From: Marsupella aquatica
Lineage: Eukaryota; Plantae; Marchantiophyta
Length of the DNA: 64,000 nucleotides
Direction of reading: 5' to 3'
Assembly (NCBI GenBank): GCA_973895155.1
Contig: OZ316891.1
Coordinates: forward strand, 29,003,611 to 29,067,610
Positions 1 through 11,454 of the stretch are shown here, one piece after another; the first letter of the stretch is position 1, and each line of letters opens with the position of its first letter. The notes under the pieces are model-generated. The model had not been told where the DNA came from, made no database searches, and saw nothing but the letters and a program-made list of their open reading frames with translations. The position numbers and the translations under genes are program-made.

Positions 1-1
1 G

Positions 2-571
2 GGTATAGATTTCATAGGTCCCATCACTTTGGTGACCGAGTCTAGAAGGAACTGATACATCCTTCTTGCAACTGATTATGCTACTAAGTGGGTAGAGGCC
101 AGATTAACAAGCAAGGATAATGCTCTCACAGTAGCAAGGTTCATGTATTTATCAATAGATTTTTACCAGATTTGGGCCACCTCTAGAATTGGTTTGTGAT
201 GGGGGACTCACTTCTTGAATGAGGTAGTGGAGGAGCTCACTAATCACTACTTGATTAAGCATACTTAGGAAGACTACTCCCTATCAACCCAAGGCAAAGG
301 ATTAACTGAGAGGGCTAATGACATCATTGGCAAGATCTTGAACAAAACTGTGGCGACACAAAAGACTGATTGGGATGACAAATTATACTTAGCTGTGTAC
401 TCCTACAATCTTGCTTTCAAGACCACAACAGGCCATAGTCCTTTCTACCTAGTTTTTGGATAGTACTCACTTGTACCTGTTGAGTTTGAAGTGCCTACTT
501 TAAGGGTGATTGTGGAGGAGAGAATGGAGGCCTCCTAGAGTTTGATGGAGAGAGCTTACCAGCTAGAGGCG
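2..571 (+). pseudogene. Gypsy LTR-retrotransposon integrase, 5' part (rve core), decayed
   Basis: Translates across stops and frameshifts to GIDFIGP...YILLATDYATKWVEA...FTRFGPPLELVCDG...GLTERAN...DWDDKL...YNLAFKTTTGHSPFYLVFG...ERAYQLEA. It stops at the insertion junction. Confidence 0.92.
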
Positions 572-644
572 CCAACTACATATGCAAACTTGCCAATATT
601 GTCAATACATGGTACATTTACAATGCACTTGACATTGTACGTTT

Positions 645-1362
645 TCAAGGGATTTTGTCGCCAAGTGTGTCGTTTTGATACCGTGAAAGATTGCATCCCA
701 AAATTGGACAAACAGGAAGATTTGCATACTCCTTTCTGTACAAGACACCCCCTCTTGGGCAAGCATATATGGTCTCCAAAGTCAGCCCTATTGATGAGAG
801 AAATTTCTTGGCTTCTCTCACACCTTGGGGCAAAGTATTTGGTTGTGGCAATAGCTTCCAAAGTAACTCAAACAATGCATTTGTGTGAACATCCGAGGAA
901 TTGAACATCCCTTGCAAATTTGACACCAATAAAGTGGCAGCCATCCTGCACAACAAGTTTACCCATGCATGAAGACAACTTAACTATGAACACAATCACG
1001 GGCTGCCAAGATAGGACGAAGGTGTGGTGTGCTTACCGTGATGACTCTGATCCCTCAAACAACGGAGTTCTTGCTTCTTTCTCAAGTTTGTTCCAATCGG
1101 GGTTGACATTGTCTGAGCCATCATGTGGACCAAAATGGTTGTCTACCAAGTGGGCAAATGCATCTTCCTCCAAAATTGGGTTTTCATCTTCCACATTTTC
1201 ATCCCCAGAAATCTGCTCATGGTGAAAAGGGGATCCATCCGTGTCACAATAGGATGATGTATACTCAGACGGATCTGAATCCTCCTCATTGTGCCTTTTG
1301 TAAAGTGCACGGACAGGAGTCATCATTGAAGTATGAGGCGTGGGAGTCATGGTGGAGTTCTG
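645..1362 (-). pseudogene. TNP2/TnpD-like CACTA transposase, N-terminal exons (1362-1037, 945-645), truncated before the catalytic core
   Basis: KLEKEARTPLFEGSESSR / MAATLL...ELLWKLLPQPNTLP...EAKKFLSSIGL...IYACPRGGVLYRKEYANLPVCP...SRY match the En/Spm TNP2 N-terminus. The GT-AG intron 1036-946 keeps the frame. Confidence 0.88.
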
Positions 1363-1474
1363 CTACATACATGACATTAAGTGAACATTAGCACAACATA
1401 ACATGGTCATAAGTGCAAAGAAATGCATGAGGTGCAAACTGGTATGTACTGAGGTATTTTGTACAAATTGTGAG

Positions 1475-2742
1475 TCAATGCCAATCGTAATCCACAAAAC
1501 TCTCATCTCCAGACCGAATCGTGCGAGTTGCATGCATGATAACATATCGTGTCACTCTACATGGTAGGCGAGGGTGTACCTATCGCACATACTCAACCCA
1601 CTCCGTATTGGGGCGATACCCACAATGACACGATCTAGTGATGCTATTGATGTACCCAGCCAGGTTCCCAGTCCTAGGCGGGAATCCATCAATACCATAG
1701 TGACTAAAGGTAGGGCACTATCGTGTCAAGATGCGCCAAGCAGCAGATGAGTACCGTGGCCCATAAACAGGAGGACAACCCTCTCGTGAGCCCTTTGGTA
1801 CTATGATGTCGGATAGGGCAAACAAGCCTAACCCAACCTCAAGACCAAGGAGAGAGGGAAGAACGACCCATGGCTGGTCCCAAACAAAGAATGGCTCTCC
1901 AACTTGGAATGCTCCACAGTCAGGATACCCAAAACTAGTGGGGAAGGAGTCCTTCACGACTTCAAGAGCTCTACCATGGAGCTCCTTGGCAGTCCTCAAA
2001 ACTGAAGGATCGTCTCAAACACGGTTCACCCATGCATCCATGCGAGGTAGCCTCTTCATACGTGGACGGGTGGGAACACGCACATCTAACTATAGAGGAT
2101 GCCTCTAATGTCTACACACACTATCAAAGTGTCTATCTATGGCTAACAATGCCTCTATGGCTGATGGGTGAACAATAGATGTCATAGCCGCACGTGCCAT
2201 TCGCCTCATGTCCTCCAAACTTGTAACCTCTAAAAAACAGGACGCCTCTATTAAATGCAAACATGCAATCATTAGTGGTGAGAATTTTTGTTATAGCAAG
2301 CAGGAGGAGACAATAGTATAGAGGCATACATGTTGTCACTAATAATTGCAAACATTACCTACTGTGGAGGGGGTACATATCGACCATGGATCCCACAATG
2401 GCTCAAGATAGTAGACTGATCCTGGTCCACCACTCCCTTGCACCGTCTGCATGGGCAAGGGGTCTTTCGCAGTGGAACATATGAATCCATAGCAGCCATA
2501 GTAGCAATCTCCACACAAGTCGACCAAGGTAAAGAACCAGATGATGTGGATGAAGATTGATGTCGATGATGATGACAGTGATGTCTCGATACATGATGAT
2601 GGTGTCGTCTCCGATCCCAATGAATTGGCGAATCACTACGGTCGTCATCACAATCTTGACTCCTGCTCCGATGTCTATATCGATGTCAAGATCTATCACG
2701 AGACCTCCACCTCCCGTCCCCATCTGAATCTGAGTCAGACAT
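1475..2742 (-). pseudogene. Transposon-borne SET-domain protein gene (exon 1 2742-2359; SET exon 2227-1475), inactivated by point stops
   Basis: One frame gives VLPSLLGLEVGLGLFALSDII...YGP (SET motif I), YGIDGFPPRTGNLAGYINS...RPNTEW (motif III-like) and VIMHATRTIRSGDESFVDYDWH* (motif IV). Exon 1 reads MSDSDSDG...CPCRRCKG...HCGIHG. All internal stops are TAG/TGA, each one C>T change from CAG/CGA. Confidence 0.8.
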
Positions 2743-3147
2743 GTCCCTCGGCATGCCTGGAAATCCAGGCAAAGTAAAAACCATTACCCTAAACTTGCCA
2801 CAAACCCTAAACCCAAGACTCAACTATGTTAACGTCGTACAAAACAAAGTAAATAGAATTAACAACCTTCCAAACTATGTCATACGTTGCTCCGACAATG
2901 TTACTTGTGTATTCCCAATAGACGTAAAGATTTGAATACGTCGTATGGAAAGACGCAATTAGCGCATGAACGTCGTTCAAAATGATGTTAATTAGTTAAA
3001 TGACATGAGCCCAAGGCTTCAAGCTTTAGGGTGGGAACGGGGACCAAGGGAAGGGAAGGAGGGGAATGGAAGGGAGATGCCCCATTGTAAACCACCACAT
3101 TTGAAACATTCACATTCAGGTTTTGCATGGAATAGTGAGCAACAACA

Positions 3148-5490
3148 ATGGTAGGCGTTCCTTTCTCACTGAACTTTGATGGAGAGAAAGTTAAGAATGG
3201 AGATGCAAAAGAGATTGAGAAGGTGCGCACAACAATGGAATCAATGAACCCAATGATAGTATCTTTCACACATAGCTGGAAGTTCATGGGATTACCGGAT
3301 GGAAGCAAGGAGTCAAAGTTTATTGCGTACCTAGAGCGTTTGGAGTGCGAGGTCTTGTTGGAGGAGGATGTGGGACCAGTTCTTGTTGCTCATGGATACT
3401 CTACAGATCTTCCAGGACCTTCGGCTCCTCCTCCTCCAGACTTAGGACCTTGGGACGATGTTATTGCTGGCATTTATGACACCAAGGTCCCCCTACAGCC
3501 CATGCCAGTCCGAAGTCAGGTTCATGTAGTGGACAGATTGAGAGGACGGCGATGAGAATGAACTCCTTTGATTAGTTTGTCTTCAGAGAGAGATGAGCAA
3601 AGAAGAAGGAAGGGGAAGGAAAGACATAGAAGTGATAGAAGGAGCAATGGAAGGAGTGAGAGAAGACAAGAAAGAAGGCGAGATCACACCACTGAGAGTG
3701 AGAGGAGGAGCATACGACACTCACCACGAGAACTTCACAGCAGGGGTCAAAAGGAGCACGCATCACATCCTCCATTGCCAACAATCAAGCTGTCAGTGTT
3801 TGATGCGGTTCCAGAGGTCCTTGATGAGAAAGGCCTAACAAACCGCATGAAGTTGGTCCTTGGCCAGCACTGTCCCAACTAGACCATTTGCTCGGGGGGT
3901 TAACTTAGTGTATATTTTGGGGTATCACGTGTGATCCTATCCTAATATAAACACACCTATTTTATAATGGGAATATTCTAAAAATGTTCTCTATTTTCAA
4001 TACTAATGACCTATTTTACTTTATAAAAGGTATATATTAGAGAATATTCTACAAATATAGGTTTATAATATCTTCTTTTGCTTCCTACGCTTTTTAAAAA
4101 TTTAGCTAATTTATATGAAAAATACCTATTTTGGATCGCACGTGGTTCCTAAGATTGTTGATAGTCAACCCCCCGAGACCATTTGGAGGGACTTGCAAAA
4201 GGACAATCAGAGGTTGCAGCTCATTATCAATGATGTGCAGGCCAGATTCAAGAATGGCCGAGAGATAAACTACTTGCACCTCAAGTCAAAGATCATCTCC
4301 CACTTGGCCGATTGTCACTTTAGGTGGAAAGAGAAGGTACGGGACCTCCAAGACCGGATCACAAAACAGTACAACCAACCAGAAGGGATGGTCGAGGCTG
4401 ACTTCCAAATTATAGTGAAGGAGCTCACGACAGCACCTCACACACCAACGGGACGCCGTGCATGAATGGGGGATGTTGCCACTCAAAAGCGAATGTCGCA
4501 ATCCAGGAAAGTGGTCACCAACTACTGGGGACAAGGCGGGTGGAGGGGGTTTCTTGCCAAATATGTAAGTGTGCTTGCCTCGGCTTATTCCCGATTTAAG
4601 GTCGGTTTTCAGTGTTAACATCATAGCCGCCGCATGTTTGTACGTCTCTCTAGATGTTGTAATATTAGGGTTTGCCATTTCATGTCGTTCAGAATGACAT
4701 TTGTTGAGGTTAACATCACTTTGATGGCGTTAATGCCATTGAAAAATTGTATAGATCAGGGAGACGACATCTTAGGAGATGTAATGTGTTAGGCGACGTA
4801 ATGAACGTCCATTTTGACAACATAAAGTAACTTCTAAACATCATACGGAACGACATTTTTGATAATGTGCAAAAATTGAAGTATGGTCATGATGCCGAGC
4901 CCACACAGCAGGAGAGACTATTTTCAAAGAGATATGGACCTCACGCGTTATGGCTACGATTAGACATGACAGGCAAGGGGGAGGAGGTGAGCATGAAGGA
5001 CAAAACCTCATACCTCATTGGTTAAGACATCCATAGCCTCATGGTTGCATGCAGGTCATTTATTCATGCGTGAACTTGTGTTGTAGGTTGACTGGAGTGC
5101 TCCGATAGGTTGCATTTGTCATCCTATTTCTGAGAATGATGAGAATGATGACACGGACTTAGCCGATGAGGAGCGTCCCACTAGGGAGGCATTTTGGGAG
5201 GCACAAGCGAGTGCTGATGGTGTAGTAGACAGGAGTCTTGAGGGTACTCAGGCCGCACTGACCTATTTCCCAAAGGATCTAGAGATAGGACTCCGAGGGG
5301 AGACCGGCAACGGCAGTCAGGAGGAGGGGCTACCCAGGGTAAGAGAGATAGTGCATACTCGTAGGAGAGTAGGAGGACGCGACACTGTGTATCCAAGCCA
5401 GATGCCACTGAGGAAGATAGCAACCACCTAGTTTGGCATAGGTCATCACCATCTAGTAGGGATGCGGGGCATCGTCATCGGAGTGCTTGG
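3148..5490 (+). pseudogene. TnpA/Ptta-like second gene of the CACTA element, multi-exon, decayed
   Basis: ORFs 3148-3555 and 3568-3882 share a frame, and 4186-4465 continues it once the MITE is removed. The frame runs on to KRMSQSRKVVTNYWGQGGWRGFLAKY|gtaagt, resembling the Ptta/En/Spm GxGGY motif. Further exon-like blocks lie at about 4875-4986 and 5088-5490. The 3' end is approximate. Confidence 0.65.
3891..4177. mobile_element. 287-bp MITE with 8-bp TSD (hAT- or Mutator-type)
   Basis: TIRs CTCGGGGGGTTAAC / GTCAACCCCCCGAG (13/14), with an inner inverted CACGTGYGATCC. TSD ACCATTTG at 3883-3890 and 4178-4185. AT-rich interior. Confidence 0.9.
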
Positions 5491-6152
5491 TAGGATAGTG
5501 CTTTGTTAGAATAGTGCTAGTTAGGATAGTGCTCCATAGGCCACAATTGTAAATACTTTTTTGTCATCTTAATCACGATTCATTTTGTGGGTGTATACAC
5601 TATGTTATATTCCTGACACCCACAATACATACATGTCTGATGAAATAGTAAACCCAACCACCAATTGGCAGCAAAAAAATAAAATAATTACACTCAGACG
5701 TCGTGCCTCGACCAGAACTTATTCTCATACTAGAGGACGTAAACACGATAATGTCGTCCACCGTACGGCACAATCCACGTACCAAAGGACTTTCTTAAAC
5801 TAACGTCTTCCAGTGATTGGTTCTTTACCTTAACCACCACGACGTTACATCATATTGAATGACTCATGCCACGACGTTTGTTACCAAAATAAGTACATTT
5901 GACAACACCTGTTGCGTCCCCCTGTCATTCACAAATATATGCTTCAAGGCCGACGCTACGTCATTTTACGTCCTCTTGTACGTGCTTGGAAACTATCCTT
6001 GCATGTCACGATGTATAGGAACGTTGTAATGGGAGCCGTAAATAAGATACCCTGATTTGCGTCGGTGGGTACAACGTACACAGACAATGTAATAACCCGT
6101 ATGAAATGACGTGGGAGACAACGTTAAAAGCTTAAAGATGTAGTTGTGGGCG

Positions 6153-6457
6153 TTGGAGGAAATCAGAGAAGAGGAAAGCCAACAAGTAAACCGAAAGCAA
6201 GCTCAAGCAAAGAGACATCATGACAAGAAGTTAAGGAAGCCGATCGACATCCTTAATTATTGGCTGGCCAGTTGGTACTACTCTATGACAATCGGTATGC
6301 TCACTTTCCAAGAAAGTTGCATACTTGATGGTTGGGTCCTTATGTTGTTCATAAGGTTTATGCAAATGGGTCCATTCAACTTGCTACTTTTGAAGGAGAA
6401 GTGTTCTCTACTCGAGTGTACCATGATAGGTTGAAGCGATACTATAATCAGGAATGA
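6153..6457 (+). pseudogene. Gypsy integrase C-terminal part (GPY/F region)
   Basis: LEEIREEESQQVNRKQAQAKRHHDKKLR, then after a frameshift GQLVLLYDNR...KLHT*WLGPYVVHKVYANGSIQL...RVYHDRLKRYYNQE*. Confidence 0.88.
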
Positions 6458-6497
6458 GGGTGTTTGCGGGGAGGCTGCACACTTAGGTAGGGGGCTA

Positions 6498-8250
6498 TGT
6501 GGAATGGTTCAATAGTGCCTTAAGTGAAAGTATATATGTCATTTTTTGTTTTAGAGAAGGAATAGTAAGAAAGTTATTTTCATGCTATTAGAGTAACTAG
6601 GTTTTAGGAACTTAAGTAAGTAGAGTAGGAAGGATAGTGAAATGGAAGGTTACTGAGTCTTAAGCAAGTGTCAAGGGATACGAAAGGTCTATATGGTAGG
6701 GCAAAAAATATTTCGTCCTTATTTAGAATAGGCAACTATACCAAGCCGAGAGATAATCCAACACTTGAAGTCTAAGTTTTGGTTAGAAAATTTCCCATAG
6801 GTGCTAGAAGTCCCTAGAGCACCCTTGTGAAGTATGAAGTCAAGTGGGGTTTCTACCTAGGAGTTTCTTCTGTTTTGGCGGGACTTAAATTAAAAAATAG
6901 CGGGTCCCAAGAAAAATAGCTAATGGATAAAAAGTTTGGATCTAAGTCAAAATATAAGTTTAGTAGTGTCCCTTCTATCCCTAGAACCTTGTGGAAGAAC
7001 TTGGTTAACTTTGGGTTACTTTTTAGAAACATCTCAAAGATGGGGAAATATAGTGCGCATTATGAGGCACATTATAGATATGGGCAAACTTAGGTACTTT
7101 TAGAGAAGTCATTATGAAATAATTATCAAGTTGGATCAATTTAGGAGGGAGTCCTATATCCAAGGATTCCAGGGATATACTCAGAAGTTCTTTTGGCCTT
7201 ATGGGCGATGTTTGGCAAGGGGTCCAATATGGGCCGATGAGTTATATCAAGATTTTCCAAAATAACAAAATTTAAATTTAAAATCCTTTGACGAGGCTAT
7301 GACAAGGCAGACATGAGGCATATGAGTAGACCACAAGGCAAAAATGAGGCACGAGCCATAAGGGTCAAAACATGAGATGAGTTGATCTAGAACCCTAAAC
7401 CCTAAACCCTTGAGTGATAAGAAGATGAGCTAATTGAGAGTAGTCGCCTTAATGACAGGTGGAATCTCCATAAAGAGCGTGTAAAGAGTCAGTATAATTG
7501 GGACGTTGTTTGTACCTACTTTACACCAAAAATGGCCTTGGGAGAATGATCATATCTCGGGCTAGGGGCATTCATTGGGCTCAAATATTTTGTGGTAACT
7601 CAAGGGAAGGAAAGGCACCCTTTAGAAAGGGTGACAACCCAAAAACTTAAACAAATAAATATTTTTTTAGCCAATGACATGAGGGGGTCCCAAACATTTA
7701 CAATTAAGTGTGAGTGAATTTGAAGTGTATGAGAGCAAGAGAAGAGTCCATGTTAGGATACAGTCTTGGTCTAAGCTCAAAAGGAATGTGTTGGTATATA
7801 ACCAAGCTATGGAGGCAAGGTTAAGGGAGAGCACTACTTTGGGACTTAGAGAGAGTTGTAGCTTGAGGGTGGAAAGTACCTGGCCTGGTGTGTGGCGTTG
7901 AGAAGAAGTAAGAACAAGAGGAAGAGTTCTTAGATAAAAGAGTTATCTCGATCTAGAGCTCAAAGGGGATGTGTGGACCCAAACCAAAGCTAGGGAGACA
8001 AGGTTGAGGGGTAACACTACTTTGAGGGTCTTGGGGGGGGGCTCAAACTTGAAGAGAAACGTACATTGGATTCTTGGGTGTTTTTGTGAAGGTCTACTCT
8101 AAGATGATAGCTTGCAGTGGATATCCCCCTTGTTAGTCCTTGGAGTAGAGGAGAGAGGACATGTGTGAGCACAAAAGTAGTCAAAATAATTACCTCTCTA
8201 GAAGTGAAGAGCTAAAATTACTTATGTATGGTGTGATTAGACATTGCAAG
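6498..8250 (+). mobile_element. Probable 3' LTR of the Gypsy element
   Basis: Purine tract AGGTAGGGGGCTA (6485-6497) directly precedes TGTGGAATGG just after the integrase stop. The right end was not located, so the end coordinate is approximate. Confidence 0.45.
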
Positions 8251-9327
8251 CATATTTCAGAAATTTTGTCAATCTTTTCTGACCCTGGTATGATATGGAG
8301 CAAGTATTAGGTAGTTTTTGAGGAGAAAAACCACTTAAGCTCTTTGAAAAGTGTTTGACAGGCCGGGGGGAAGAAGATTCCGCTGGTTGCTTGGGCTACC
8401 TTGGCTTGACCCAAGGTGATGGACGGATTGGATTTCAATTGATCCGCAAATAAAAAACTCCACACATGCACATCCCAAATCGGGCCCCCAAAAATGATAA
8501 TTCTCCTTTGCTCAGTAGGCATAACAGTCACCTCATTTCTCTCTCATCAGTCCATCCTTCACCTCAAGTCTACAAACGAGTCCTAAACCCCAACATGCCA
8601 TTCCGCTTGATGGATGTCGTTGTCGACAAATGGGAGTGTCGCAATTTTTTTGTCTATAGTAGCTTCTGGAAATAAAAAATGAGGCCAAGATGTACATACA
8701 AGCTACATAGCTAGGGAGTCCTCCGTGGTTTGTGGAGAGGATAGAGAGGGGAGTCCTCCACTAGTGGTTTGTGCAAAGGAGGTATTGTATAATGCGAGCA
8801 AACAGGAATTTTGTTAGGAAGGATTTTGTTAGCGACTAGAGTGTTGTTCGCAAGACACAAATGATTTTATTTATTTTTGCTTTTTGCTGTTCTTTTTTTT
8901 ATGACTCCATAGGGCTAGAAAGTTAGCTAGCAAAAAGAGGAGTCTAAAAAATGTATGTTATCAACCAGGTTGTTGTTAGCGAGGCAGTTGTATATAGAAA
9001 AATTAGGGGTCATGTGAGGAAAAAAAAGCTTGTATGAGAATTTTTTGTATTGTTTCCTTGCACGCTACAATGATCTTGTGGAGATCCAGGGGAGCTGATT
9101 AGCCGTGAGTTGCCACCGCCAGATCAGGAGGACAATGCGATGAAAGAAGCCAAATAGGATAATCTGGAGGAGATTGAAGAGGCCGAGGCATAAACAAGGG
9201 CGAAGGAGAGAGACTGGCCTGGAGGAGAGTGTTTTGAGGAGTTAAGGCCACTTGTTGAGTGGCAAGAAGAGCACTCTTTGAGCCTCAATGAAACACTTGA
9301 GTGGCTGGAGGAGATAAGGGCTTCTAG

Positions 9328-11339
9328 TGTAGTATTGCACTAAGGACATAAATCAGCATTTAATGTCCAAAACTCGGTATTCGATCCCATGGAAGAACAA
9401 GAAAGGAATAATTTTCTATCGTTTAACACTTATGAATGACTAAGGTCACAAAAAATACAGGTTTGAGCCTTTTACTATGATTGCTCAGCAAGGCATAGAT
9501 TTGAATGTTTGCTTAACATTGTAAATGCAATTAATAAAATGGAAACAAATAACAAAACACAATGAAATCTTGAGGTATGATGAGGGAGTCTGGAAAACAC
9601 CAAGGTAACTTCTCATCAATACTTTATTTGATGTGATTTGGGTGATATATCCGTAAGAACATTTTTGGAATGGATTACTGTACTAGGATGATTACTAAAA
9701 TGCCGTCAACACGTCTCAACTTTTCCTTCCAAAGGTACTCAGAAGAAACTAGTAATCAATCTCTTCGATATCCAGTCGGTACTCTGAGTCACGAATAATA
9801 AACACCATCATGATCAAATTGAAGTCACAGGTAATTGGTGAGTAACAATCTTTGCATCCCATGCACAAGCAATGTCACGCCAAAAATTATGCATCAAGAA
9901 CTCAAGAAGATGGGTTGTCACCACTTAAGGAATCTATTCCCTCATACTTCTGAGATTCAACTTCATACAAGTAATTTTACTTCAATGATCTAAACTCTCA
10001 ATCATTTAGACCAAGGAAGGGAGAAGAATTCCTTTGTATTTGCAAGCTTCATACCATACGAAAACACACCGAAGCTTTGCAAAGGTGATTACAGTACTGT
10101 AGCACATGCCACAGGCACTACTTTATTTCTTCACACTTGAAAATGACACAAATTCTACTTCATATAGGCTAGCAGGAACCCAAGGAGACTGAGATACTTA
10201 AAGGACATGCCCTTTCATATCTAAAGGGTCTTGAATAAACTTAATGACGGTCATCCTTGAAAAGTGAATGGACACTGCTGAAAGTGTCGAAAATGCAGGG
10301 GACGCTTCTCAAAGCATCGAGGTTTGAGCGGACGCTTTGCAAAGCGTCGTGTTTGCGCTAAAACTAATAAACAGTGATCTTAATCTAATTTTAACTTCTA
10401 AACTAAAAGTCGGAATGAGTTGAAACTTTTCTAGGGTACTCTACTACATATAATCTCTATGCTGGCAAAGTTTCAGACTTTTCTGAGATCTCTAAGTGTG
10501 TCAAATAAATCGGTAAAAGTGGCGCGGTGTTATAAAAGTGCGAAAACTGAAATTTTTTCTAAGTGTCGGGAACATAGTGGACGCTTCAGAAAGCGTCCAA
10601 ACCTACAAAGGACTTTTGTGGACGCTTTAGAAAGCGTCGGCTGAATTTCGAGGTTTGGTCGCAGCGTCCATCTTCTGGGCTCCGGGCGGGACGCTTCAGT
10701 GGGCGTCACAGTGTCGAGGTCACCTTCGGGGTAGCAGACGCTTCTGTGGGCGTCGCTCCTCATGTGGATTGCAGAGCGTCGGAGTACAACTGGTTGGGTG
10801 GTGGACGCTTCAGAAAGCGTCGTGGTCTTTGGGTGGACGCTTCTCAAAGCGTCGGCGAAGTCGCGGCTATGCGAAAAACAGCACAACTAAATTAATTCTA
10901 ACTTTCAAACCACATGTCAGTTTGAGATGAAACTTGTAGGGATGATTCTACTACGCAACTACTAATGCCTGAAAAAGTATGAGACTTTTCTGACCATGAT
11001 AGCTATTTAACTAAAATAGCAGAGATCGGCTGATTGTGATAATTGTATATAGAGCTCATTCTTGTTGAAAAAGTGTTTTGGAGCCGGTTCTTGAATCTTC
11101 TAGTCTGCATTGTTTCTCCAATGATGTCCAGTCTTCTTTCTTGGTAGCATGTAAAGAGCAAGGATTTATATTGGCGATCCTTGTCCAATAGAGGCAATAG
11201 CCTCCGATGAAGCATAACATTAGGTAAAGTGTTCGGTTGATCTAAATTGCTACAAAAGGTAACTAGATTGTACCTTGAGTTAGAAAAAGTTTAAAATTTA
11301 TTAAATTTCCATCATTTCTAACTAATGTACAGCATTATA
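9328..11339. mobile_element. About 2-kb solo LTR with 5-bp TSD
   Basis: TCTAG occurs at 9323-9327 and 11340-11344. Ends are TGTAGT...ATTATA (the terminal CA probably decayed to TA). The insertion splits one copy of a 51-bp tandem repeat whose intact twin is at 11379-11429. No coding remnants. Confidence 0.8.
10271..10853. repeat. Nine dispersed copies of an 18-bp palindrome GACGCTT-N4-AAGCGTC inside the solo LTR
   Basis: Copies start at 10271, 10301, 10331 (perfect GACGCTTTGCAAAGCGTC), 10580, 10621, 10690, 10737, 10804 and 10836; several are degenerate. Confidence 0.85.
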
Positions 11340-11454
11340 TCTAGTCAACTTCTCCTCAGTGACCCTCCTATGTTGTTCGAGGTAAGGGCTTCGAGTCAAC
11401 TTCCCCTCCGTGACCCTCCTACGTTGTTCACCCCGGAGCTCTCCCAGGCGTTAC

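Larger units (their letters stand above)
572..6149. mobile_element. CACTA/CMC (En/Spm-like) DNA transposon, internally deleted and decayed, inserted in the Gypsy integrase
   Basis: Ends CCAACTACAT (572) and ATGTAGTTGTGG (6138-6149) are inverted. GCG is duplicated at 569-571 and 6150-6152. Removing the element restores integrase ...QLEA|LEEIRE. It contains TNP2-like and TnpA-like coding remnants and GACGT/AACGAC-rich subterminal motifs at about 5700-6130. Confidence 0.88.

Noticed and set aside
7390-7410. AAACCCT telomere-like repeats (also near 2803 and 60048)
   Set aside because: Only two or three units, common in plant transposons and promoters; not an interstitial telomere.
10271-10853. 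CRISPR-like repeat/spacer array
   Set aside because: The repeats are only 18 bp, spacing is irregular (12 to about 230 bp), there are no cas genes and the context is a eukaryotic LTR.
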